Below are positions 16,328 through 27,299 of a stretch of 64,000 nucleotides of DNA, piece by piece. The notes beneath the pieces are model-generated. The model saw nothing but the letters and a program-made list of their open reading frames with translations. It did no database searches and was not told the DNA's origin. The position numbers were made by a program, and so were the translations under genes. Position 1 is the stretch's first letter; each line of letters opens with the position of its first letter. The stretch lies in the IMG/VR virus record IMGVR_UViG_3300042891_002161; one strand, given 5' to 3'. The stretch comes from a virus. Taxonomy: Duplodnaviria > Heunggongvirae > Uroviricota > Caudoviricetes.

Positions 16328-18157
16328 TTATTTTAACATATTTTCTAATTGTTCAACTGTAATCACTTCAACACCTAATTCAATAGCTTTCTTCTCTTTA
16401 GAAGAACCACTACCAATTGACTTCATTACAAGATGAGTTGTTGTTTTTGATACACCAGAACCAATCTTTCCACCACGAGATTCAATATCAGATTCTAAAT
16501 CTGGTCTACGAACTCCGGTAAAGACAAATGATTTACCCTCAAGGTCTGTGCCAACTTTAACAGCCTCAACTTTTTCAGTAATAGTGACAGGTAGATCTTT
16601 AATGAAGTCAAAAAAAATGTCATATGAGTCAATGTATGATTTAGCAGATACTTCAGCAAATCCTTCAATTGACATTACTTGGTCAACAGTTGGTTTAGTT
16701 TTGAAATTTTCTAAAAGAACTAATTTCTTAGAGCCTAATCCTTTGAAGATACCGGTAGCGTGTTGTAGTTTAGACAACTGAACATTACTAACAGACTTTT
16801 GAATAGATTTATAAACGATGTCAGCTTTTCTCTTACCAAAACGGTCAATCTTCTCTAAGTCAGAAGTTGTAAGAGTAAGAACATCTTTGATTGTTTTATA
16901 ACCAGCATCCCATAATTGAGTAATAACTCCTTCTGACACATTGTCTGCTTCTAAGATTTCAAAGAAAGCAACAATCTTTTTCAACTTCTGATCATCAGTT
17001 TCAGTTAAAGTGATTAACTCAATACCCGCATCATTCCAATCTACTTCAACACCTTCAATTGTAGGTTGAACAAATTCAACTGGAGTGATAACATCAGCAA
17101 TGATTGGAATAACCATTCCGGAACGTTTTACGACTACTTTGGCACCTACACCAAGTCCTAAGTCTTTTACAAATCTGGCGTTATTACCAGTCACGTTAGA
17201 CACTGTTACACCGTCAAGTTTAACTGGGTTAATATGTAGAATAGGTTTTAGTAAACCTTGTTTGGAAATATTCCAAGAGATTCCAATAACATCGGTTTCA
17301 GCAGATTGCTCAAAACTTGGATGTTTGAAGGCACGAGCCCATACTGGATTGTTTGAAGAAGTTTCACGACCTAACTTATCTTGAAGTTTTAGGTCATTTA
17401 ATTCAATAATCAAACCGTCAATTTCATATTCAGTAGAGAACTTATGAAATAAGTCAATAAGTAAATCTTCTGATAAATCAGATAATTGACAAATATGATA
17501 TTGTACTTTTGATACTTGCCCTTTGTTAAGTTCGTTAATAACTTCTTGTTTAGTAGAAAAGTTTCTTTTACAAACAGCACCGTATTTAATATACTGGCAA
17601 TCTTTTAGAGAATCACTTACAGTTTTAGAGTTTAACAAACCAGCAACTAAGTTACGAGGATTTGCGAAATCAGCTGAGAATTTATCAATGAATACTTGTT
17701 TAGGTATCATTACTTCACCGTAAGTAAAACTAAATGGATCTTCTTCTAAATTTAAGTGATTTTGAATTAAAGCGTAATGTTCATTTGATTTTTGACCAAA
17801 TTCTCCATCACCACGAGTCCAAGCTTCAGATGTAGTCTCGTTTACGCATAGTGACAAGCCATCAAATTTTGGTGTGATAATAACATATTCAGATTTTGAA
17901 ATACCTTTTAGACGAGACCAATCATCAACATCATTCATTGACTTAATTTTGTTCATTGAAGCCATTTCAATAGGAAGACGAGATTTGCGTGTTTCATCAG
18001 CAATTTCAACACCTACTTTAGTAAGTAATTCATCATCTGGTGATAATAAAGACAGTTCTTCAACTAGTTGGTCATACTTAGCATCAGATATGATTGGTTG
18101 TCCCAACCTATAGGCATCATTTGCCTTAATAATTTGCTCTTTTAATTGTTCAATCAT
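16328..18157 (-). CDS. ligA: NAD-dependent DNA ligase (LigA)
   Basis: N-terminal Ia domain YRLGQPIISDAKYDQL. Adenylation motif I ITPKFDGLSL (KxDG). OB fold. C-terminal BRCT domain (GKSFVFTGV...LGVEVIT). Confidence 0.85.
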   Translation of the reverse strand: MIEQLKEQIIKANDAYRLGQPIISDAKYDQLVEELSLLSPDDELLTKVGVEIADETRKSRLPIEMASMNKIKSMNDVDDWSRLKGISKSEYVIITPKFDGLSLCVNETTSEAWTRGDGEFGQKSNEHYALIQNHLNLEEDPFSFTYGEVMIPKQVFIDKFSADFANPRNLVAGLLNSKTVSDSLKDCQYIKYGAVCKRNFSTKQEVINELNKGQVSKVQYHICQLSDLSEDLLIDLFHKFSTEYEIDGLIIELNDLKLQDKLGRETSSNNPVWARAFKHPSFEQSAETDVIGISWNISKQGLLKPILHINPVKLDGVTVSNVTGNNARFVKDLGLGVGAKVVVKRSGMVIPIIADVITPVEFVQPTIEGVEVDWNDAGIELITLTETDDQKLKKIVAFFEILEADNVSEGVITQLWDAGYKTIKDVLTLTTSDLEKIDRFGKRKADIVYKSIQKSVSNVQLSKLQHATGIFKGLGSKKLVLLENFKTKPTVDQVMSIEGFAEVSAKSYIDSYDIFFDFIKDLPVTITEKVEAVKVGTDLEGKSFVFTGVRRPDLESDIESRGGKIGSGVSKTTTHLVMKSIGSGSSKEKKAIELGVEVITVEQLENMLK

Positions 18158-18179
18158 TTTACAAAGATAGTTAATTTTT

Positions 18180-18497
18180 TTAATTTATCAATAACTTATT
18201 TAATTTTTCTTCTCTTGATGCCTTCTTTTTCCAAACTTCATATGAGTTTGGTTCTTTTGAATGTTTATTATTTACAGCTAATAGATTACGTTCCATTATA
18301 GTTAAATAGAAATTTGTTTCACCTCTTGATTTATCATAATATTTTTCTTTATATTTTAATATAAATATTAAATCGTCAAAAATGACTTTTTTTAAGATAT
18401 TAAAATATGATAAATCTTCAAAAGAAGATAAAATACCTTTTGATAAAAGATAATCAAAATGATTTCTTATACTGGTTATATTTGATTCAACTTTCAT
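18180..18497 (-). CDS. hypothetical protein
   Basis: 105-aa ORF. Confidence 0.45.
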   Translation of the reverse strand: MKVESNITSIRNHFDYLLSKGILSSFEDLSYFNILKKVIFDDLIFILKYKEKYYDKSRGETNFYLTIMERNLLAVNNKHSKEPNSYEVWKKKASREEKLNKLLIN

Positions 18498-18739
18498 AGT
18501 AATTCTTCAAGATTTTTATCACGATTGTATGTTTTTTCATCATAAACTTCAATTACATAGCCTTCAATCTTGAATTCAGAAGCCCAAGCATCATATCCTG
18601 TCTTATATTGAGGATTATCTTTTAAAACTTTTTGAATTGCCTCATCTTTTGATTCAGCGACAACATCAAAACTTGGTCTTGATCCACTGTACCAACCACC
18701 ATTATTAAATGTAACTGTGTAAATCTTCATCATAAACAA
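18494..18739 (-). CDS. hypothetical protein
   Basis: 81-aa ORF with a 4-nt overlap to its neighbour. Confidence 0.45.
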   Translation of the reverse strand: MFMMKIYTVTFNNGGWYSGSRPSFDVVAESKDEAIQKVLKDNPQYKTGYDAWASEFKIEGYVIEVYDEKTYNRDKNLEELL

Positions 18740-18821
18740 AGATAAGGAATTAATTTGTTAAAAACAAATATTAAAGAAATGAGTAGAATTTAATATATAA
18801 GAAAAATCAATAGATTAAAAA

Positions 18822-21800
18822 ATGCCAATTCAAAGCTCATTTCCGACAGTCGCTGACCAGGTGATTTCTTCTAATAAGAATATTATAGAAATATTAGGTC
18901 AGATTAATAGTTTAACAACTACACAAGATCAATCCGTGAATATTAAAATTTATGATGAAAATGGAATTTTAAGAACTTTTGCAGTTCCTTCATTTACATC
19001 ATTAAAAAATGATATAGACAGATTGAATAATAATATTAATTCTCTTTATAGTATTGATGCAAATGGTTCAATGATTTCAACATCAAGTCAAAATAAATAC
19101 AAAAAGATAATTACTGTAGATTTAAATAGAGAACCAAATGCAGTCGGAACACTTGGAGCTCTTACTAAATTTAAAGCTGTTAATAACTGGTTTTTTGATG
19201 GACTTATGAGTCCTATCATTTCTGTTGAATTAGATTTAAGTGGTAAAGTAGAGAATAATGTAAGAAAAGTTTTAAGTAGAAGATATATTGTTGATTTTGC
19301 TTCTGATGGTTCAGGTAATTTAACAGCATTAGGTCAGTCAGCTCTTAATAGTTTCAATACACAATTCAGAGGAAATTCTTCAATATTAGTAACAGATTTT
19401 GAAAACTGGCATAATACAACACCAGGTGTTCTTTATCCTACAAATCCTCAATTTGATGAGCAAGTTTTTGATTTAGATCCACATGATTTATTATATGATG
19501 GTCAATTTAATGTGAGAGAAATACAACAAGATAAAATTAATAAAAAACTTTGGTATGTTTTAGATACATTAACCTATTTAGTTAGATCAAATAATGAAAC
19601 AGCTCAATTATCTATTGGTAGTGAAGTTATTATCAATTCAATTCAAACATCAACAAGATATAAAGTAATTGAAGTATCAACTGCTGAATCTAGTCCAAGA
19701 GTTAGATTTGAAAGAGTTGAAGGTATGGAAGCTATTCCAGTTGGAATTGGAACTCTTAAAATATATTCACCAGTTATTTACAATAAGAAAGTGAAAATAA
19801 GTGTTGGATATAACGAAAGAAATGTAATCTTTATTAAGCCTATAAATGCTGATCTTAATTTATTATCAAGAAATTGGAGTTTAGGTACTGGATTGTGGAC
19901 TAATGATTTAATATTAGACTCAACAGCTCAACAAAATGGTCTTACTATGGAACAGTTCTATACAGATTATGTATATGACTATGGAACAGTATTAAAAGAT
20001 TTAGTTGCTAAAAAAACACCTAACTCTTTAGCGGGTACACCGGCTTCACCAACATTAAATGCGGCTAACTTCAAAGTTGTTCAAATTAATAAACATTTAA
20101 CAGATACACCTGATTCAAATTTACTTAAACAAAAGCATAATTATCAATTAACATTAAACTCTGAAATTCAACAAATACAAGATTCTATTGTAAGTAAAAA
20201 TTCTAAATCTAAATTTGTTAGATTCAAATCAGAATCTGATAAAAAGCAAGTTAATCTTGAGATTGAAGAACTTTCAAGAAAAAAAGATAGTAAATCTAAA
20301 TTACTTAGTACTACAACTCAAGAGATTATTCAATTGTCTAATAGTCCTCAAACAAAGGTAAAACCTAAGTTTAGAATTAGAGGATTCTGGACTGTACCTT
20401 CAGCTGTTATAACAAGAGGTACAAAACCTCAAGAAGTTGTTCAGTTTAGAGTTCAATATAGATATTTAAGTAAAGATGGCTCAGAAGCACCTGTTGAAAC
20501 ATTTGCAATTGATGCTACTCAGAAAAAAGGAGCATTCTCAAATTGGAATGAATTTAAAACAGATGCAAGAAAAAGAACTTATAATAAAGGAACAGGTGAA
20601 TATACTTGGGAAATTGAAGATGTTGAAAAAGCAGATACACCAAATATCAATCAACTGGATTTAGATATTCAAGCTAATGAAAAAATTGAAGTTAGAATTA
20701 AATCTATATCTGAAGTGGGTTGGCCCGAATCTCCAGTAGAATCAGATTGGTCTGAAATTTTATCTATTGAGTTTCCAGACGATTTGAATAACGTATTAAA
20801 TGAAAATGACTTTATATTAAAAGCGGCTACTTCAGAAGATTTGAAAATTAAAATGAATCAAGAGTTATCATCTAAAGGTTTAGATGACCACTTAGCTGAT
20901 ACTATTGTTGTTAATAATGTTACTTTTCATCACGAGGCTACTAAGATTTTATCAGGAATGAAAGATGAGAATGGAGTTGCTTTAGACTTATTTACTTATT
21001 TAAAATCTCTACAAGAGAGAATTACTTCACTTGAAGAAAGAATACAAAGAGTTAAAGGTGAACTTGAAATTGTTATTCTTAGAAATAATCAAGAGTTTGT
21101 AGTTGCTAATGGTAGTGAGACTACATTTAATATTGAGTGCGAGGATTATCTTGATAACTATACAGGATCTGGTATACCAACTGGTAGAGTTTATGCCAAT
21201 AATATTTATGTAATTAAAGACTTTGTTGTTAAAGTTAGAAATAAATCAACAAGTTCTGCATTAGGTTTACTTTCTAATAGAACTTATTTACAAAATCCAA
21301 ACGTTTATAACACAGGAGTTCCTCAAACATTCTGGGTTAATGATCAAAATGAGTTAATAACATCTGATATCTCAGGACAAACAAGAACTCAATTAAATAA
21401 TCAATATTTATGGACTGTAAATTATGATTCAGTTTTAGAAACATCAGTTACTAAATTAACAGAGAATATAGGAAATACATTCAATACAAACGCATCAAAC
21501 TCTATCACCAGAGTTTTATCATCTAATGAATATAATGTCGGTTTTAATGAAACATCTATACTTTCATTTGTTAGTAATAATAAATCATTATTAGATCCAT
21601 CTAAATGGATAGATACAAATATTTCAGTTTCTTCTACAACTAAACTATTAACAACTATACACCCTGTTGTTCCTAACTTAGAAACAATTGTTGAAACAAA
21701 CTCTGAAAAAGTAAAAACAGTAAATACTGGTGATGCTAATTCTACTGTTATTCCAATTAATATTTATTTTAAAATGAACGCATTGGATAATAATCAACCT

Positions 21801-21989
21801 GCATTAAACTATAAATATATTAATCTAAATTCATCTAAACAGACAGTACAACATGTTAAGAGAGTTAAATTCTTCTTAGAAAATGAAGCTGAAAATAGAC
21901 CATTTATATTTAGTATTAAATTTAACATAAATAGAAGTAAAGTAATTGTTAGAAAGGTAACTAACGCAATTAACGCTTCTGTCAGATAA
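18822..21989 (+). CDS. large putative virion structural protein (1055 aa)
   Basis: Long uninterrupted ORF, Asn/Ser/Thr-rich with a coiled-coil segment. A TAATATATA motif lies upstream. It abuts the next giant ORF. Confidence 0.55.
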   Translation: MPIQSSFPTVADQVISSNKNIIEILGQINSLTTTQDQSVNIKIYDENGILRTFAVPSFTSLKNDIDRLNNNINSLYSIDANGSMISTSSQNKYKKIITVDLNREPNAVGTLGALTKFKAVNNWFFDGLMSPIISVELDLSGKVENNVRKVLSRRYIVDFASDGSGNLTALGQSALNSFNTQFRGNSSILVTDFENWHNTTPGVLYPTNPQFDEQVFDLDPHDLLYDGQFNVREIQQDKINKKLWYVLDTLTYLVRSNNETAQLSIGSEVIINSIQTSTRYKVIEVSTAESSPRVRFERVEGMEAIPVGIGTLKIYSPVIYNKKVKISVGYNERNVIFIKPINADLNLLSRNWSLGTGLWTNDLILDSTAQQNGLTMEQFYTDYVYDYGTVLKDLVAKKTPNSLAGTPASPTLNAANFKVVQINKHLTDTPDSNLLKQKHNYQLTLNSEIQQIQDSIVSKNSKSKFVRFKSESDKKQVNLEIEELSRKKDSKSKLLSTTTQEIIQLSNSPQTKVKPKFRIRGFWTVPSAVITRGTKPQEVVQFRVQYRYLSKDGSEAPVETFAIDATQKKGAFSNWNEFKTDARKRTYNKGTGEYTWEIEDVEKADTPNINQLDLDIQANEKIEVRIKSISEVGWPESPVESDWSEILSIEFPDDLNNVLNENDFILKAATSEDLKIKMNQELSSKGLDDHLADTIVVNNVTFHHEATKILSGMKDENGVALDLFTYLKSLQERITSLEERIQRVKGELEIVILRNNQEFVVANGSETTFNIECEDYLDNYTGSGIPTGRVYANNIYVIKDFVVKVRNKSTSSALGLLSNRTYLQNPNVYNTGVPQTFWVNDQNELITSDISGQTRTQLNNQYLWTVNYDSVLETSVTKLTENIGNTFNTNASNSITRVLSSNEYNVGFNETSILSFVSNNKSLLDPSKWIDTNISVSSTTKLLTTIHPVVPNLETIVETNSEKVKTVNTGDANSTVIPINIYFKMNALDNNQPALNYKYINLNSSKQTVQHVKRVKFFLENEAENRPFIFSIKFNINRSKVIVRKVTNAINASVR

Positions 21990-22003
21990 AATAATTTTTA
22001 AGT

Positions 22004-25000
22004 GTGAAGAGCTTCGCTATATTAAGAACCAACGTGGGATTAACAACTAACATCAAAATAATGGTGGATAGTAGTTATAATTTATCACTTAGTAGTATTG
22101 AATCAAAAGATGAATTGTCAAATAGCAAATTCAAAAAAGTTAATTTTGTTAAAAAGAATTACTATGATGAATTGATAACTTATTTCTATGATGGTTTACC
22201 AGCAGATACTGCATTTTATATAAAGTATGAAAATGATGTAGATTCAATGTCTAATGATTATTCAGCGCAGTATGATGAAATTTATCAATATGGTGCTAGA
22301 AATATAACTAATAATAAAAATTATAAAGAAGAGTTTGAATACTTTGCTCCACTTTATATTTCACCAAACAACCTACCAAAGAGTTTTATTATTTTTAGAG
22401 TAGATGGTGCTGGAATTGACACAATAACTAAGGATAATTTTAAAAATAATATACTTAGTAAATTTAAGACAGTTAAAATATTTGATTTAACTAGAAACAC
22501 CGGTATTGGTGAATGGTTAGATTTTAATTTTAATAAAAATTCTTTCTTTCCTTTAACGCCATTTGAAATGAGTTTTCAAAATTTAGAATTTTCTAAATGG
22601 AATGGTATAGATTATGAAACTGGTGGTTACACAAGTAAGTCACAATTTTTAGAATCAATTTATGAAGAAGAAAAAGAAATATATGAATTTGAAAAATTTG
22701 TATTTGATGGATATCAAAATAATAAATTAGTATTCCCTAATATACTTAATATGTCATTTTTGTTTGATGATACTCCAGCAAACTCTGACACTCTTAGAAA
22801 ATGGTCTATAAATAGATATTATGGATTCTATTTAGAAGATATGATTAAAGTAAAGGCTATTTCACCTTATATAACACCTTTTATTAAGTCAGATGCTGTT
22901 GTACAAGAAGGTAATATACTTTATTCACCAACAGGTGATCCATTTGTAGAAGGATTTTTAGACCATAAAGTTTATTATACCGAATATAACGGTGAGTATT
23001 ATAAAGTTGAAAAGTTCCAAACTGTAACACCAAATGTTTTACAATCAGTTCAAAGTGGAAATGTTGTTACACAACAATATACCAATCAAGTAACAAACAA
23101 ATATAGAATCATATCAGATATTGATTTAAAGGGTAAACAATCTATGTTAAATAAAGGATTTGGTACTATTGCCGGTGATGATACAATCTATCCTAATAGA
23201 TTATTAAATTATGATAATAGTAACTATCTATTTGATGAGTGGGATTCTGCTGATGCTTGGTTAATTGAGATTGATGGTATGTACCACAATTTAGTTAGAG
23301 AAACTGGTCCGGAAGCAGTAAATAATGTTAAAAAGGTTACAACTAGAATTAGAATCAATAGTGATTACTCGTTCAAAGTAAATCAAAATGATTACATGTA
23401 TTGGATTAATAAAAACGATCCAAGTTATACTAAGAAAGTAAGTTTTGTAGTTGATAAAGATAATGCTCCTAAAAAATTCAATATTTATAAACTTAAATTT
23501 ACAGATATTAAAGATTTTGATGATAAAATTATTGATACTGAGTATTCTAAATATGAATATGAAAATAAGTTTACTTTAACCGATACGGATGAAACTAAAA
23601 TGTATCTTACTAATTTAGATAGTAAAACTTTTCCAAAGAATTATGATGACTTTACTTATAACTCGGAAGTAGTTAATATTCCAGTTTCATCTGAATATAC
23701 CGCTAACTATGAAACATTTAAGATAGATAGAGGTGATCTTTCAGAAATATGGAGAAAGAATGCTACTTATTGTAGATGGGGGTTTCAAAACTCGTTATCC
23801 GCAAATGATGTTCCATACTTACTAAATAATTCATTGACGTTTGAAGATTATAATAGAACAGCTAATCCTTTTGATCCTGATACAAAAAGAATTGAAAGAA
23901 ACTTAGACTATTTTTATACTATTAACTCTTCTACATCATCTTATATTCATCATACTTTGCATGTTGAGAAACAAACAACAGCTGGTATAGATAGTACATT
24001 TAAGTTTGAGCTTAATAAATATTTAAACTTAGCAACTTACTCTGTAGGTACTGGTTCAGCAACTTATAGTTTTGATTATTTTTCTTATTTCTTTGAAAGA
24101 AATGCTAATTTTGATAACTTTAAAATAAATAAGAATGTTAAAAAATACTCATTACTTAACACTGGTAATAACTCAATACCAAACATATCATTGTTTAAGG
24201 GTATTAAGTTTTTATTTTATAGTGTAGATGATATTAAAAAAGATGAAACTGGTGCAATAAGTGTCTTAAACTTAAAAACATCAAATGAGTTTGATGGGTA
24301 TAAATTTTCTATTTTATTATCTGATAATGACTGGTCAGTTGTAGATTCACCAAATGGTAATAATATTGGTGTTTTAACTCAATCTCAAAATTTAATGAAC
24401 TGGACTATATTTGATGACTGGAAGATGGACAAAACTTATAACTTAGGTGATATAGTAGTAAAAGATGATATTTTATACAAATCATCAATCATAAGTAATA
24501 TAACAACAAACCCTGTAAGAGAATACGCATTTGCTAAAAAAGCTATGTCTGCTCCCTATAATCAAGTTGGTTGGGCACCATACGGATCAACACCTTCAAA
24601 TGGCAAATCTGTTTTTTGGAGTCCAGTTGGTACTTATCCAGGTTCTGGAGTTGGTGATAATGCTGATATTGTTTATAATAATGATGATTACTATTTTTAT
24701 AATGCAAGCGGTTCTCAAGATTTCTGGAACCCAACTAAATCAGATTCCATTACAGGCTATACAACGAATGAGGTTGTTTTATTTAAAGGTAAGTATTATA
24801 GATCAATGACTGCTTCAAATCGTTATAGACCAGACTACCAACAACCTTATAAAGTAACAAGATCCTATAGTTCAATTAGAAGTGGTTTAGAAGGTATATC
24901 TGTTTTTGAAAGTGTAGGTAGTTATTATTGGACAGAGACTCAACCATCTAATCCAAAGTGGAAAACCATAGGTGTTTGGAATCCAAGTGTTTCATATAAT

Positions 25001-26110
25001 AATACTTACATTGTTCACAACGGAGTAGTTTACTATTGTATTTCATCAGCAACTGGAAATGAACCAGGTGTATCAAATGATTGGAAAAGACAGTATAGTT
25101 TAGTACCAGATACTTCTATAGTTTACAACTCGTCAACAAATCCTATAATTGAAATGAATGATTCTTATTATATGATTAATACCAATGCTTCAAATTCAAC
25201 TTTAGAAAATGGTATTAACATTTATATAAATAAAAAATGGAAAAATATATTAGTTAATATAAATATTGCTGATAATACTATACCAAATGTATCAGAGAGT
25301 GATAGAGATATTATGTACGGTGAACTTAATAAAAAATTAACAGCTAATAATTTTATACAATGTATAAATGATTTATCAAATAAATATGGATTTACAGACT
25401 ATGTAAACTATGTAATTATCAATGAAGATGGAAGTATTAAAAGATATAACTACAATAATATAGAAGGTTTGCCTTATTATATGTCTTGTGAGACACCTGA
25501 TGAGGTTGTTATGAAACTTTATTCAATTGTAAAAAAGCCTATCAGTTTGCCTAAGAAATTAAAGCCAATTAATATTCTATCATCTATTTCGGCAAATTTA
25601 TCAAACCTAAACTACTACAATAATATATCAGTTGCTGCTGAAATATTATCAAATAAAGATACGCCTAGACCAAGAGTTAATTTTCATGGCGGTAAAAATA
25701 TAACTGAAGATGTTATTTATAGATTTAGTGGATTTTATATGCCTATTTTTTATGATATACAATTATTTAATAAAAATTTCTTCACATCTTCTGTTGGTAA
25801 TTATAAATTTGACACAACTTTAACTGACTTTGGATTAATAAAAGAAAGAAAGGTAAGAAAGATAAATCATAATGGTTCGGTTCTTAAATTAAATAATGTA
25901 AAAGATGAAAAATCTATATATCCAATGGTTCAAGAATTTGGATATATAACAATTGATACATTTATATTTAAATCAACTTGGGATTTGAACTATCATTATA
26001 TAACATCAAACAATACGATTATTGCTTCAAATTTAGAATCTAAATCAAGATTAGTTAGAAATCCTGGTTTGATTGGTATTCAAAGTAGAATTAAAAATAT
26101 AAATTTATAA
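22004..26110 (+). CDS. large putative virion structural protein (1368 aa)
   Basis: Long ORF with Asn/Tyr-rich beta-rich composition typical of tail or baseplate proteins. Confidence 0.55.
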   Translation: MKSFAILRTNVGLTTNIKIMVDSSYNLSLSSIESKDELSNSKFKKVNFVKKNYYDELITYFYDGLPADTAFYIKYENDVDSMSNDYSAQYDEIYQYGARNITNNKNYKEEFEYFAPLYISPNNLPKSFIIFRVDGAGIDTITKDNFKNNILSKFKTVKIFDLTRNTGIGEWLDFNFNKNSFFPLTPFEMSFQNLEFSKWNGIDYETGGYTSKSQFLESIYEEEKEIYEFEKFVFDGYQNNKLVFPNILNMSFLFDDTPANSDTLRKWSINRYYGFYLEDMIKVKAISPYITPFIKSDAVVQEGNILYSPTGDPFVEGFLDHKVYYTEYNGEYYKVEKFQTVTPNVLQSVQSGNVVTQQYTNQVTNKYRIISDIDLKGKQSMLNKGFGTIAGDDTIYPNRLLNYDNSNYLFDEWDSADAWLIEIDGMYHNLVRETGPEAVNNVKKVTTRIRINSDYSFKVNQNDYMYWINKNDPSYTKKVSFVVDKDNAPKKFNIYKLKFTDIKDFDDKIIDTEYSKYEYENKFTLTDTDETKMYLTNLDSKTFPKNYDDFTYNSEVVNIPVSSEYTANYETFKIDRGDLSEIWRKNATYCRWGFQNSLSANDVPYLLNNSLTFEDYNRTANPFDPDTKRIERNLDYFYTINSSTSSYIHHTLHVEKQTTAGIDSTFKFELNKYLNLATYSVGTGSATYSFDYFSYFFERNANFDNFKINKNVKKYSLLNTGNNSIPNISLFKGIKFLFYSVDDIKKDETGAISVLNLKTSNEFDGYKFSILLSDNDWSVVDSPNGNNIGVLTQSQNLMNWTIFDDWKMDKTYNLGDIVVKDDILYKSSIISNITTNPVREYAFAKKAMSAPYNQVGWAPYGSTPSNGKSVFWSPVGTYPGSGVGDNADIVYNNDDYYFYNASGSQDFWNPTKSDSITGYTTNEVVLFKGKYYRSMTASNRYRPDYQQPYKVTRSYSSIRSGLEGISVFESVGSYYWTETQPSNPKWKTIGVWNPSVSYNNTYIVHNGVVYYCISSATGNEPGVSNDWKRQYSLVPDTSIVYNSSTNPIIEMNDSYYMINTNASNSTLENGINIYINKKWKNILVNINIADNTIPNVSESDRDIMYGELNKKLTANNFIQCINDLSNKYGFTDYVNYVIINEDGSIKRYNYNNIEGLPYYMSCETPDEVVMKLYSIVKKPISLPKKLKPINILSSISANLSNLNYYNNISVAAEILSNKDTPRPRVNFHGGKNITEDVIYRFSGFYMPIFYDIQLFNKNFFTSSVGNYKFDTTLTDFGLIKERKVRKINHNGSVLKLNNVKDEKSIYPMVQEFGYITIDTFIFKSTWDLNYHYITSNNTIIASNLESKSRLVRNPGLIGIQSRIKNINL

Positions 26111-26111
26111 T

Positions 26112-26801
26112 ATGAGAAGAAGTTATATATCACCAGAATATACAGAATTATCAGCATATGGTACTTTCAATATGGTTGAAGAAAGTAATTTCTTTGGTGC
26201 TAAAATGCTAGAAGTTGAGGATACTATTAGTATATCAAATCAAAATATAATCTATTATCAAAAATCAACAGGTGAGCAAGTTGATATATCAATTGAATCA
26301 TCTTTAACATCTCAAGTTTATTCGGCTTCTGATAATATGAAATCACATCAAACTCTCGTTTTAGATCCTACTCAGTTAAACTATCAAAAAGACGGTAATA
26401 CTAAATGGGTTTTAACAATAGATTTAAAAGACATATTAACTGATTATCTTTTTGCCATTATGAAAAGATATAGAACATTTGAAGGTATTAGTAATAACTT
26501 AACAAGAACTAATGATGTTAACACAGCTATTAGACAATATATATCTAATAATGTCTTGAATAGATATAAATTTAGTAAGTTAGACCTTTATGTTTCCTAT
26601 AAAGATTTAATGCAACAAAATGTTTTAAGATATAAAAATACTTGGAACTCAAATATAGTATCTGATGCTAATTTATTAAAAAAGGCTCAAAAAGATTTAG
26701 CCTTTGATGAATCTGAATTAAAGATTTATTTTAGTCAAGAAAAGTCATCATCTCAGTATAATTTTGATTACTATTTTAATATTTTATTTGAAAAAATCTA
26801 A
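26112..26801 (+). CDS. hypothetical protein (likely structural, co-transcribed)
   Basis: Starts 2 nt after the upstream stop. Confidence 0.5.
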   Translation: MRRSYISPEYTELSAYGTFNMVEESNFFGAKMLEVEDTISISNQNIIYYQKSTGEQVDISIESSLTSQVYSASDNMKSHQTLVLDPTQLNYQKDGNTKWVLTIDLKDILTDYLFAIMKRYRTFEGISNNLTRTNDVNTAIRQYISNNVLNRYKFSKLDLYVSYKDLMQQNVLRYKNTWNSNIVSDANLLKKAQKDLAFDESELKIYFSQEKSSSQYNFDYYFNILFEKI

Positions 26802-26831
26802 ACAAGTGCTTACTTATTCCATAAAACTTAT

Positions 26832-27242
26832 ATGGAAAATGAAGAATTATATCGTAGTTTAGTAATACTATTGAAAATGTTCAAAAATAGACCTTATCAC
26901 TTAGCTAAGTATTTGGTAGAAAACTCTGCACTTACTGAAGAGTTTATAAGAAAACTTAAAAATAGTGATAGATTAAAAGAGCTAAAAGATGATGAAAAAT
27001 CTTCTGAGCAAAAGCTCTTACCTGTTCCCGTGCCTGTTTATTTTGTAGATATATCTCAAATGGAAAACTTTTATAGTTCATTCATTGATGATATCCAACA
27101 ACTTTCTAAACAAAAAAGTATAGAAGAAATCACTAAGGAACTAAATAAAAAACTTGACGACTTAATTAAAAAAGAAAAATACGAAGAAGCGGCAAGAGTT
27201 CGTGATTATATGATGAGAAATAATATAAAAAGAAATTTATAA
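26832..27242 (+). CDS. small coiled-coil protein with a UVR-like motif
   Basis: C-terminal KKEKYEEAARVRDYMM resembles the UvrB/UvrC UVR domain. Confidence 0.4.
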   Translation: MENEELYRSLVILLKMFKNRPYHLAKYLVENSALTEEFIRKLKNSDRLKELKDDEKSSEQKLLPVPVPVYFVDISQMENFYSSFIDDIQQLSKQKSIEEITKELNKKLDDLIKKEKYEEAARVRDYMMRNNIKRNL

Positions 27243-27299
27243 TTTTTCTAAACTAAAGAAGCCGAACTGAATATATTAACTTGTAACTCTATAAAAAAT

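Noticed and set aside
24531-24809. ORFs 24531-24809 (+) and 24543-24734 (-) inside the 1368-aa gene
   Set aside because: They are internal alternative-frame or antisense ORFs with low-complexity translations.
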